DNA of 64,000 nt from Sphaerodactylus townsendi (taxonomy: Eukaryota), in NCBI RefSeq assembly GCF_021028975.2, contig NC_059430.1, positions 102,176,001-102,240,000 of the forward strand, in the 5' to 3' direction. Made by a program: the position numbers and the translations under genes. Positions 38,801 through 51,900 of the stretch are shown here, in pieces. The notes under the pieces are model-generated. The model worked only from the letters and a program-made list of their open reading frames with translations, did no database searches and had not been told where the DNA came from. Each line of letters opens with the position of its first letter. Position 1 is the first letter of the stretch.

Positions 38801-41800
38801 TTTTTTAAAATGCTGTCCAGTCATGAAACGTTGAAGAATTACGAAAATGATTTGAGCAGGGAGAATAGTTGTTGGTGGGTGCTGGTGAATGCCAGCACGT
38901 CATCTAAAACACTGTGATATATCACCTTTCACACATGTGACTTCACTGCCATCACTGACTTAAAGTATTATTTTCTCTCTTTTTTTACGAATATAAAACA
39001 CTGGTTTTATATGTCAAAAGGTTGCAGGAAGAGAGCCAGTCATTTTGAAACCATCTTCTACAAAACATTTGCCAGTTCGTTACATAAAAGACACTATATG
39101 CAATATAAAAGCAGAAAACAATCCATACTGTAAAAATAATTTAAAAACAAAAATCTTTCCATTTAAAATACCTCCTCTAACACAAATACATTTTGACATG
39201 CAAGCAAAGCTAAACATATTGCACTCTTTAGTATAGCCCACTAAGTGACCTAAAGTATTCTTGACAAGTTTTCATCCAGCTGCCACTTGAAAACAGCCAA
39301 AAGGCAGCAAAGACTACACTGGACCTCCAGCCTAAGAAGGAATGCACCGTGTGTTTCCCGGTGGCTGCCAGCAACTCTTTGCCATCTCTTCCACCCCTTG
39401 TCCGCCCTTCGAATTGCCTTCTAGGTCTTGCTCAGAATACCAAGACTTCTGGCTTACTGTGGGAGTAGGTGTCACCACGATTAGGGTCACAATTTTTAGC
39501 ACTGTTGCAGCTCATTGAGATAAAGTACGTTTAGCACTTTTTATCCCTGAAAAAGTGGTACCCAAGTGTTAATTTTCCAAAGGAGATGGAGTCAAATATT
39601 GGAGCAAGGCAAGGAGTCAGTCAGGGTCCAGGTCTTCAAACAGCGCCAACTAGAGGGCTCAGTTGCCATAGCTTTTCGTAGCTTAGCTTGGCACCCAGGC
39701 GATTATCTGTCTTTTCTGAAAGGAAAAAAAATCAGTTTTTCTTAATGATCTTCTGCAGAGCCCCCTGGCCCCAAGCAGCAGTTGCTACTGCAGCCACAGT
39801 TCTCGGCAGGGTCCTTGTCACCATAGGTGGAGTCTGAAGATGCCAGCCAAAAATGCAGGTGAAACATTAGGAGCAAAAACTGCCACCCCAGAAAAAACAC
39901 ATCAGATTCAAACCCACTTTCTGCTTTCTCCAGCTTTCCTCCGGCTAACTGGCAAAGAGTCTTTTTTAGTCTTTAAGCCTTTACAAAGTGCGAATCTGAG
40001 AATGATCTTCTGAGGGTGGAAACTTTGGCACTAATCCTGGGGGTGCAAGGTGCTCACAACTAATAACCCATGCTCACAACTAATAACCCTGTGAACTGGG
40101 TGAGAATGAGAGAGAGAGAGAGAGAGAGAGGCCCCAGGCCACCCAGCAATGCTCTAACCACTCCATCACGCTGACTCTTTAGCTGGAATTCCCAAAAGAC
40201 TCTGCCTCTTGAAGACAACCAATAGCATAGTCAAATGGAAGCCATGCTTTTCCGGCTGTGTCAAAGTCCTTTTCTTTCTCTGCAATTGCGAATGAATTAA
40301 AACTCTCCTCCCCCAACATACGCCACTGCAAGAGAGAAGGAGATTGAAGTCACCTAAAACTGACCTTTTGGAGATGAGAAAATGCAGGGAGGGATTGGAC
40401 AAACCTCTGTCCTCTCTGGGTGTTTTCTCAGCTTTATTGGTAGGTGTGGAAAGACAGGAGGGAAGGCAGCTGCTAGTAGTTGGGCACAATGCAGATTCAA
40501 AAGTTTGTCCACCCAACCAATGTTGGTGGGTGGGTGGGAATAATAGCTGTGCAGGGGTGTGTGTGGAATAATAGCCTGATGAGTGAAGAACAAACCAGAC
40601 TTATACCCTGATTCCCAAGAAGGTGCCTTTTCTTGTCAGTCTGAAATGTGCTGCCTCCAGAGAAATGTGCCAGCGTTGCAAAAATTATAGCAACAAATCT
40701 TAGTGAAGTCTTCAAATGTTAAAGCCCTTCAGTCATCCTCATGGCAGCCCTGTAAGGTAGGCCAGTATTGTCAGCCCTGTGTTGCCCTTTGGGGATGGGG
40801 CGGTATAAAAGCCTAATTAAATAAAAATAAATAAAAATAATTGTTTGGGAATTCACAGCTGTGACGTGAGAGTCTTAACTGGGTGGTCTATGTTCACAAT
40901 CATTCATCACGGGTGCAAGCTTTTGAATAATACAGGATTCCTTACCAGGCAGAATGTGTCCTAGCAGAGCCCTATGGAAATGGGGGTGCACAAAAGAAAT
41001 CTTCCTCGCTTCCTCAGCCTTCTTCTTTCTTCCCACCTCAGCAGTTTTGATTTGGATGCCAAGAATCACTCAAATCAACAGGGTGGTCCAGCATTTTCTT
41101 TAAAGGAATGTGGACGTGGAAGGAAGATAGACTCTTGAATACAACTTCTTGTAGAAGTGTCTGGTTTTTCCCTTTGGTACCCCAAGACAATTTGGGAGAG
41201 GCTTGAAGCAAAAATAAAAACAGGGACAGACTGGTCATTAAACTAACAAGGAGAGTTCCTAGCAGGCCACTGCCCTAGATTGTTGCTGGCAGCCGGGAGC
41301 CACTAGAGCCAAGCTCCAGGAGTTCTGCTTAGTACTGGAGGGACTACTTGGCCTGGCTGGCTCCAGGGTCGTCTTAGCTTCCCATCCCATGACTGTTTGG
41401 GAGAGTAAGCAATCATTCATTGACCTTCCTGATTTCCTCTCTGTGCCCGCTTCAGAGAGAAAGGTGCATCATCGTGTCAGGAACAGTTGGACGAGTTCCG
41501 AAAGCTTGTTGGATCCATCCGGAAGTGGCTGAAAGAAACAGAAAGGAACATCCCAGCCGTCGAAACCTCTTTGGGCACCCATGAGTTGGAGAAGAGGCAG
41601 CAGCAAGTTGAGGTGGGTTGAGCGCCACGTCGAGAACTCTGTGTGGGTGGATGCAGGGAATATCCCACCAGGCGGCAAAGGGCCTACCACACCCTGGGAA
41701 GAAGGGCCAAAGCTGGCTGGCCGGGGGTCAAGCTTCACTGTGACCAGTCTCCATCCAGTTCTGGACTTCCTTAGCAGAGAAGGATCCTCCCAAGTGCTCT

Positions 41801-44800
41801 GTGGGGGACTCATTTGTTCTTTGCAGGAACCCTGTAGCCAAGGCGATTGTGTTTTCCTGTTTGTTTCTACTCGGAACAAACAAATAATTCACAAATCTGC
41901 CCCAAGGAAGAATGAATTCTGAGAGCTGTGTAAATGATAATACATTGTTATCAGTGTTCTTAGTTTGCAGAATATTTGCTGCTTCTGGTATCCTTTGGGG
42001 ATGAAGATGTGCATGGCACTTCTTCTCCTCCGCCCCCAGCATTATAAATCCTGTTGGCCCATGTGTACCCCTCATTTCTGTGGCCTTCAGAGATTTCACC
42101 AGTCATTGGCCATGCGCTCAGGCCTACTTCATATTGTTAGGGGCCAGAAAGTTTCATTCCTATTTAAACAAAACTGAGAGATACACATTATGGCCCATCA
42201 TACATCCAGGTCTTTGTGTGTGCCTTGAGTTCTGACATCTGACTATGTTCCATTGCTAGCTTCTCTTGGACGAATGGACGGAAAAGGGAGCTCTCGTGAG
42301 GGATATCAACTGTAGAGGGACAGCCTTGGAGAGTTTGATAGTTGAAATTACAGCTCCTGATGCACAATCCAAAACAGGTGAGACACTCCCCTCCAAAACT
42401 GCTTCAGTACGGCAGTTTTCATCTCTTTTTTGATGAGTTATCCTGTTTTCAGTTGCTCATGAGATAGAATTTATGCAAGCCACAGCAGTTTGGATTTGGA
42501 GGTGGGGGGGGGTTTGATTTTGTGAAGATCTGAAGGACTCCTGGAGTGGAGAACGAGTGTGATGTAGTGGTTAAGAGCAGGTGGACTCTAATCTGGAGAA
42601 CCAGGTTTCATTCTCCACTCCTCCACATGAGCGCTGACTCTTATCTGGTGAACTGGATTTGTTTCTCCACTCCTACTGTCCTGCTAGGTGACCTTGGGCT
42701 AGTCACAGTTCTTCACAACTCTCTCAGCCCCACCTACTTCACATGGTGTCTGTTGTAGGGAGAGGAAGGGAAAGGAATTTGTAAGCTGCCTCACACACGT
42801 TTTGTATATAAAACTCCCAGGGGCACCTCCCAGGGATTTTCAAATTTGTACCTGTTGGTCCAGTCCATGAATGCTTCTTCTGGCAGAAAAACTCTGGTAG
42901 TTACCAAGGTGCCACAAAGCTACTGCTTGTACTTTCTGGGACTGACTGTTGCAGCTCTGTCTGGAATTAGGGTACTAAGACCTCTCTCTGAAGGAATGCC
43001 ATTTCAATAGCTGAAGAAACAGCCCAACAGCATCCTGGCTGGGGCTGCCATTGTGATCTTTCTCGCTGGCAATTTAAAACCCTCTTGGGAATTTCAGTGG
43101 GAGGAAGTTTTAATTTTCACTTCCATTCCTTAAACGTCCTTTTGGGACGGTGACATCACAGCAGCTGTTGTGTTCTCTTCCTGGAGGTGGTTGGATGGCA
43201 GAGAGAGAAGCATGGAAAGTACTGCATGGGAAAGGGGAAAAGACCCATTGGATGGTTTCCCCAAGTGCAGTGCGAGAAAAAAATTAACAGGAATGCTTCT
43301 GGGGTTGGACTAGACCATTCTGAAGCATGTGAAGCCTCCCTGCGGTTCAGGATTAAATCTTAAAACAGGATCTGTCCAGACTAACCCTGATGTGGATTTT
43401 AGCCTTGTTAATAATAAGGGTGATAAAATACTGACTTATTTTCAAGACAACAGGTGAACAGAGGTGGCAACCTTGGACTTCCTTGGTTGTCTCCCATGTA
43501 AGAACTATGACAGGTCCAGAGGAGGGCAACCAGAATGGTAAAAGGTCTGGAATCCATGCCCTGCGAGGAGAGACTTAGGGAGCTGTTTGGTGAAGAGAAG
43601 GTTAAGAGGTGACATGATAGCCATGTTCAGATATCTGGAGGGATGTCATGTTGGCGAGGGAGCAAGCTTGTTTTCCACTGCTCCAGAGACTAGTGACATG
43701 CTTGGGCTAGTGCGAGTTATTCAGGCTGCTGTGGCCTTGTTACTGGGGAGGGGGGAATCTTATTTCTGGGTTTCTTGTTTTGTGTGTGAATAACTCATTT
43801 AAGTGGGAGAGGGAGAAGGAGGAAGGTTTCTGAAGTTCTGTTAAAAGAGGTTGCTGCAGTGGCGAAGCCACCAGGGGTGCGGGGGGGTGGGGTGCGCAAC
43901 GCACCAGGCGCACCGATTCTGGTCACGTGGGGGGCGGAAAAATCTCCCCACCCCCCGCGGCCCCCGTGCACTCCCCCTGCGGTGCCCCCCCCCACGGCGC
44001 ACCCCCCCACTTACTTTTAGGAATGGAACATCCCAGAGAAGAAGCCTGCCTGAGTTGCCTGGACCTGGTGTAGTTCCTTTCTGGTGTAGTTCCCACTAGG
44101 CCCAGGCAACTCAGGCAGGCTTCTTCGGCCTGCTCCTTTCCTAAAAGTAAGTGGAATGCTGTGGGGGGCAGGGGGCTATGGGGGGTGGGGGCGCCGGGCC
44201 CCTCCGAAAAGCCAGAGTGTGCACTGGGCGCACTCTGGCCTAACTACGCCTCTGGGTTGCCGTCTCTTAGTGGACTGGCTTTGGATGTCTCTCTGTTCAT
44301 CATCTGGCTGGAGGAAATGGAGGCAAAATGTTATGCTAGTTAAAAACCACACGATCCCATCCCTCACACAACCCTCTGAGCGGGAACATGCAAGTATAGC
44401 TGGTGTTTCTGGGTGTGCGTGGAAACCAGGAGCTCTTTGCTCATTGCATTGGGTTCATATAGCACTTGGATATGTCTTGATTTGGGAGTGGAGCTTCGGA
44501 GACCAAACCAGGGCCTGTCGTGGAATGTTGTGTCGTCTTGTGCTGTGTTCACTTTGTTTTGTGATTGTGGTTTGCTCTTTCAATCATTCCCATCATTTCC
44601 TGCTGAATTCTGACCTGCTCAGCTAGCTGCCGAAAAGCCTCTTCTACATAGCTGGCCAATTGCAGGGTCACTGCCTCTTGTGAGGTGGTTCCTGGCTCTG
44701 TGAGAATTGTTCTTTGGTATCTACCTGATTGCCTAGGGTTGTTCTAGGGCAGGTTGCAAGACCTTATTGCCAAGATTGCAGCTCACCTGTCTGCACCTGG

Positions 44801-47800
44801 CCTTGATCATGCAGAGATTGCAAGGAGCTGCCTCTTCTGCAGCACACTTCCTCCACTGTGCAGTTGCGATGAGTGGCAAGGTTCTGCACGTATTTTTGCC
44901 ATCTGGGGTGGAAGGCTTCTGTTCCCCTGCCCCAGTTCCTGCCACTGGCAGGCACTGTGAGTGGAAACTGCCCCCTGAACTGAAAACATTCCCAGTGTCT
45001 TCTGGGTGCCACACTTCCTGCTGATGGTGTGAAGGCAGCATGGCATGGGGACCTTTTCATGTACTTTTTCATGAGAGCCAGCGTGGTGTAGTGGTTAAGA
45101 GCAGGTGGATTCTAATCTGGAGAACTGGGTTTGATTCCCCACTCCTCCACCTGAGTGGCAGAGGCTTATCTGGTGTGTTTCCACACTCCTACATACCTGT
45201 TGGGTGACCCTGGACTAGTCACAGCTCATTCAGAACTCTCTCAGCCCCACCTACCTCACAAGGTGTCTGTTGTGGAGAGAGGAAGGGAAAGAAACTTGTA
45301 TCTCCTTACACCTTGAATCTCCTTACAGAAGAGAAAGGTGGGATAAAAATCCAAACTCTTTTTCTTCTTCTACTTCTGTGTGAAGGCGACTTCCAGGTCA
45401 GCTCCCTGTCCCGAGGCAAAGGATCTTCCTGGGCGGCAAGGATGTAAATAGTTCATTTTGCAGTTGGTCCAACTTTGTCCTTCTGACCTTCTGGGTGGTG
45501 GTCTAGTCACAAAGGACACTGCGTGCCTGTGTTTTTTTACTATCTGTATCACTAACATGTCTGTCTTTGTCGTTCTGTCTGCCTCTGTGTCTGTCTCACT
45601 CAGGTTCTGTGGTGGCCACTGCAGGAAGTTCTGTAGGCAGTGTGAATGGATATCACACCTGCAAAGGTGAGAGAGCTAAGCCTGTTGTTCATGTGTGGGT
45701 ATGTGTATCAATGGGTCTCCTGGAGGTAATGCCACACACTTCTCTGGGAAGAGCAGGACAATAGGAGTAGCAGCAAATGTAACAACAGAAAAATAATTTA
45801 ACAAGTTAACATAATACAAAGCTCAAGAATCTGAAGAAGTAAAAATGAGTTAGAATCATCCTGGGCCAAACTATTGGCTGTAACGTTATACAGATGATAA
45901 CCTTTAAAATGAACTGGTAAATAGAATCATAAAATGAACAATAGCTCATATCCTCAGCTTCCCACTTCCATTAATCCATTTGCAGTTGGTGTGAACAACT
46001 TTTATCCATCTGGAGTGTTGTGGGTTTTCCGGGCTGTATGGCCGTGTTCCAGTAGCATTTTCTCCTGATGTTTTGCCTATATCTGTGGCTGGCATCTCCA
46101 GAGGATCCTCTGAAGATGCCAGCCACAGATGCAGCCGAAACATCAGGAGAAAATGCTACTGGAACACGGCCATACAGCCCGGAAAACCCACAACGCTCCA
46201 GTAATTCCAGCCATGAAAGCCTTTGACAATACGTTTTATCCATCTGCTCTCTGAAATAGCCACTCAATTCTGGCCAGCATTATATAGAGTTTTTAGAGGG
46301 ATATTTGTTTAATAGGCTTAGATAAAGTTATTTCAGCTTGATATGCCAAGGCATTACAGAATCTTCAGATGCCATTTCAGATTAACAGGGAAGCAGTCAA
46401 GGTGGAATTCCGGTGTTGGGCACCTTTCTGTATGAAAAATGGGCTCATGACAGCCACATTTCTCAATTCAAATAGCAAGTATGCTTGAAAAAGCAGAGGA
46501 AAAATGGCATGGATCAACCCAATGAGCATAATAAAGGACAGGGTCATGCTAAAGAGCCGAAGTGATATCAAAATGGCTTTTCTGTCTAAGGAAGTTATCT
46601 GTCCTCAGATCAACTCTGGGCAAACTTTCCAGTCCCAAGTAAAAGACAGAGCAAATGCACTCTCAAAGTTGTTGAAGTCTGCCCACTGCTCCTTAGTGAA
46701 AGATGGTGGGATTTCAAAGCAAATATTGAGAATTTTAGGAAGAAAACAAAAAAGCTTCCCTGCGTAAGATGGATATATTGAAAGGTGCAGGAACCCACAA
46801 AGGGTCTCTCACAAGCTCTATCTCTGTATTCACTGAATTTCCTGCCATTCCTCCAAGTCGTGGTATCTTATTCAGGTGCCCAGCTGACAAGCAATTTTGG
46901 AACCACCTTTTCTGTTTTTGCCTTTGCAAATGAGTAGCTTGCTTTTGTATATAAAGTGTTCAGGTGAACTGTGTGTGAATGACGCAGTAGGGGTTCCTAA
47001 GGCCATGATGTGTCTTAGTTCATGTGAATACCTCTCTAGGCTTTCATCTCTGCCCCAGCGTCACGGGACATGACTGAATACTGTTCCCAACATATATTCA
47101 CCTTCTCTTTTGTTTTAGATTTGACCGAGATCCAGTGTGACGTCTCAGATGTGAACCAGCACTATGAAGGCCTTGGCATTGCTTTACGGGAGCGCCAGGA
47201 AGATCTGTCCACCATGTTGGCAAAAATGAGGGACGCCCAGGAAGAGGCGGGCTCTGTGCTGAAGTGGCTGGAGTCCAAGGAGCAAGCCTTGTCGGCACCG
47301 GAAGGGTCCTCCTCACTCACAAAGACAGAGGCAATGAAAGCTCAAGCAGATCGTAACAAAGTACGCAGCTATTTGTTTATACTTCATTTTCTACCTTCTC
47401 ACCTAAGTAGATTGTGAGAAGAAGGGGCTTCTTGTGGAGAATACCATATGGATGCCTAACATGGCTTTGGCCCCTACAGTTTTGTACATGAGGCTGATCT
47501 GGCAGGTGGTGGTGTGCAAAGCTGCTGTTTATAATCATTTTCTTTTCTGGTTCTGGGGTGGGGCAGTATTCAGCCGATGGGTTCATAGGCTGGGTGTTGA
47601 GCAGAGATGCTAAGGGAAGAAGGGGCTTCACTTCAACTGAAGGGAAGATCAGCAAAAGTGGAAACTTGACTAAGATTGGAGCCAAGGTTTTTGACGAGCT
47701 AAACCTTTTGCATCAACTGTTTTTCTCTCTTCCTCTCCATGCTCCTACCTTAGAGTGTATTGGGTGGGGGGAAAGCCTGGCCTTGGGGAACAGCCGCAGG

Positions 47801-48946
47801 GGAAGGCTTGCCCCATAGCAAACCACTGGGATTTGGCACTTGCAGCAGTGGAGTAGTGGTTAAGAGCAGGTGCACTCTAATCTGGAGAACTGGGTTCGAT
47901 TCCCCACTCTGCCACTTGAGCTGTGGAGGCTTATCTGGGGAACTAGATTAGCCTGTGCACTCCAGCACATGCCAGCTGGGTGACCTTGGGCTAGTTACAG
48001 TTCTTTGGAGCTTTCTCAGCCTCACCCACCTCACAGGGTGTTTGTTGTGAGGGGAGAAGGAGATTGTAAGCCCCTTTGAGTCTCCTTGCAGGAGTGAAAG
48101 GAGAGGTATAAATCCAAGCTCTTCTTCTTCTTCCCCTGGGGGGCAGGCAATGCTGCATAGAAGTAGGAGCAGGTCAGGAGGACCGTTCTGTAGCAATGCA
48201 GTCCATTTGTTCAGTGTCAGTCCCCAAGTTAGCTCTGTCACTCTCCCCAGTGTTGGGGAAGACTGCAGCATATTACACCTGCCTGTCTCCTTAGTGGCAG
48301 GGAGCCCCTGCCTAAGGTCACCAGAGCAACCTGTGCTTGGATAGGGTTACCAGCTCTGAGCTGGGAAGTTACTGGTGAACTGGGGCAGAGCCTTTGGACA
48401 ACAGAGTCTGAGGAGAGATTCATCACATTCGTAAACAGATCAGTGGTCATTCCAGGAGATCTCCAGGTCCCACCTAGAGGTTGGCAACCCTAGGAACAAC
48501 AGCAGGGAATCCCAGGCCCGAGTTCAGCTGAACAGGGGATTGCTAGCCAGCAGCTTGGCTTGAAAGCTGTCCAGCGGGCATTGTGGCATTGCTAGGCAGC
48601 AAGCCTTCTCTCGGCTCCTGTTTTGTGGTTCATATTTTATAGCCCAGGAACCACAGGGTTGGGAAAGGCTGAGGGAATATTAAAACCTTAAATATTTAAA
48701 ATATTTTTATTATGCTGTACTCACAAAAGTTATATTAAAAACATTTACAACCATTAAAAATTGTGGAAATTTAATGGAAATATAAATCCAGGAATTGCAT
48801 ATCCAGTGACACCCCTCCCCCCCAAAAAGGGCAGTAAAAGTGCATAAACTGTTACGTAGGTTGATCTAATAGCACATTAGCTATTGCCAGTATTGACCTG
48901 ACACAGTTTGACCCAAAGGTCTTCATCAGAAGTCAAATATATAGGG

Positions 48947-48984
<38 letters not shown>

Positions 48985-51900
48985 TGTTTGTGTGTACACA
49001 CACACACACACACACATTATAAATAATTTATTCCAATAGTGCTAAAATAACCAAACTGATAGGAAGGGTTTATATAAGTCTGAAAAAAATAATTAAGAAA
49101 AATTGTCAGATACATAATTTCAACCTTGAGAAAAATTATTTTTAACTGTAGTTGTACAAGTAACGATTACTCACTCCAATCAAATGTAGGTCTTATAATT
49201 ACAGCATATTTTTCTTAATTATTTTTACCTGACTTATATGCAATTCTTCTTGGTTGAGTTATTTTTGCACTATTGTAATATATGATTTGTAATTTTGGGT
49301 ATATAATTTTTTACCTCTGAAGAAGACCTTTGGGTTGAAACACATCGGGTCAATATAGGCAACAGCTTATGTGCTATTATTGTGGGGGTTTAGGTATTAC
49401 TGGAGATGTAGCTCCTGGATTTATATTTCCATTGAATTAAATGGTTGTAAATGTTTTTGATATAATTCTGGAATAAAAATATTTTGGATATACTTAAGGT
49501 TTTAATATCCCCTCAGCTTTTCTCAGCCCTTTAGTTCTAGGCTCATTTCAAAGGTTGGGTTTGTGTTTCCCTTTGTGAGTTGATCCTTTGTAGTACTACC
49601 ACCCTGATTCACATGGTCAGGAATTTTAAAAATAACGCTGTCGTTAAGAGATGCAGCCTGGTCCTTCTCTCTTTCTGACAACTCCATGGAATTATTCTCA
49701 TGGGTGTTCTCAAATTGTGTGGCCCAGCAAAGACCTGTGAGAGTGGCCATCCCAACCCCTAAGGAGGGGTGAATTGGGCTCTTGGTTGATTAGTTCAAGC
49801 GGAGGTCTCAGAGTTCTGCTTGCTCTTCTTCTGATGAGTCCTGGAAGGATTGCTGTCATCTGAGTTTTGGGAGTACTTGCATGCAAGCAGCCTCTGGTCT
49901 TCCCGTTGCACACTTGATGTGAACCTAGCATGGCTCATGTTCTCTGACTGTGAAGAGTTCTGCTACTGATGAAAAGTTCCATCCCCAAAACGCCCAGATT
50001 GATAGTTCCTGCCCATCCCCCCACCTGGGGGTTTCTTGCAGCTCTGGGGCAGGCCTTTTTGTTTGAAACAAATATAAAAATAAAATCTGCAATAATATTA
50101 TTGTCCTTTGCACCTCCCCCCACTCCCTCCCAATAGGCATTTCTGTCTGAGTTGGAGCAGAACTCTGAGAAAGTTCACAAGGCTAAAGAAAATCTCTCTG
50201 GACTCCTGGAGAAATATCCTGAATCCCCAGAAGTTGGAACCTGGAAGAGACTGCTGGAAGACCTAAGTATGTCGCCCGGTGACCTCTGACCCCCCCCTCC
50301 CCAAACTCACCCAGGACTAATCAAAATTCAGCCCCAGTTTTAATCTCAACAGGAAGGCAGAGTTCTGTTCAACTTGAAGTTCATCTAACAGGGTGGGCGG
50401 GACCTTTTTATGTGCTGCAAGAATTGTAGGATAAGAAAGAGTAGGAAACAGGCCTAGGAAGTGAAGGGACCCACTGGGGCACAACTCACCAGCATATTAT
50501 CCTGTGCAGGGCTTTCAGGAATGAATAGAAAATGCCAGAATAGCACAAGCATGCTCTTTTGCCTCGGCATATCCTTCCCTGTCTGTGGTAAGGGAGGTCT
50601 TCTAAGAATTGTGTTCACATAAATGGATGTAAGCATCCACGTTCTCCCACTGCCAGCCCCCACATTTAGGGTTCTGAAAATTAAATCTCTTGAGTCGCAG
50701 TGGGAACATTTTTATTCTAATGTCAATAAGGGACACTGAGCTCCAGCGTGCTGCTCCTATTCCCTCCTCACCATACCCAAAACTGCCCGTCCAGATAGGA
50801 AATGAATGTGAATGGTGGATATTCAGTATAAGCAGTCTTGTTGTGTTGAACAGTTGTAGGTTTTCGGGAATCTTTGTTCAGTTGCCAGTGAAATTGAAAG
50901 GGTGATTCCTTATAATATTTAATATAGTGTTGCATTCCCCATAAAAACACCTGTGAGCAAAATCCTACTGTCTAGTTTACATGGGAGGGAAAGTAGCAAA
51001 ATCCTGGGTGCAGTGGTCTCTGAAAACTTCCCTAGAGCTTTTCTAGTGTTGCAGTTGTGTGTGTTAACTTGGAAAAAAGCCACATATCAAATCTAAAAGG
51101 AACACAGAAAATACTGGCTGGCTGTGATGGTGTCTGGCTGCTCTGTAAGGGAACAAAATATTTCTCTTCCTGACTTGAATGGCTAGCATGGAAGAAACCA
51201 AGGAAACTGTTACAGCCAGCTTCCGCTCACACATGCTGCTTTTAGGAAGTCAGAGCCGGCCAATCTGTACCAAGTGTGTCAGGCAGAGGAGAGTCTCAGT
51301 GAAATGTTCAAGTGGGAGGGATTCTCAAGCAGGATGTAAGAAGAGGGATGTCACCGGTGCACAGGTGTTGCTTGTATGTGTCTGTAATGTTAGCAGGGTA
51401 TATACTCATGTGATCCCACTGGCTTGCAGAGGAGGATTTCCCAAAACACTGTGCTGCTTATATTTTCTGCAGAGTTTTGCAGATCTTTCCACAATGTTGG
51501 CCCTGCTCGTCCCTTGCATTGGATTTCTGGGGANNNNNNNNNNNNNNNNNNNNNNNNNNNNNNNNNNNNNNNNNNNNNNNNNNNNNNNNNNNNNNNNNNN
51601 NNNNNNNNNNNNNNNNNNNNNNNNNNNNNNNNNNNNNNNNNNNNNNNNNNNNNNNNNNNNNNNNNNNNNNNNNNNNNNNNNNNNNNNNNNNNNNNNNNNN
51701 NNNNNNNACAGTGGTGTGAAAACGGTGTGAACACGGTTTAAAACAGTGTAAAAGGGTTTTCACACTGCTGTTTTTGGCCCATGCGGAATCTGCCAAAGAG
51801 AGATCTGTCCAAGGCTTTCAGCAAGCTGAGACAGTTAGCAGAGAGTTCTCATCCTCCTTTTTTAGTAGCCCTTTCTCTGCTTTCTGGTCTTCTATTGAAT

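Noticed and set aside
49831-49857. ctgatgagtcc-tggaa-ggat resembling a hammerhead core plus stem II
   Set aside because: The essential GAAA after stem II is absent
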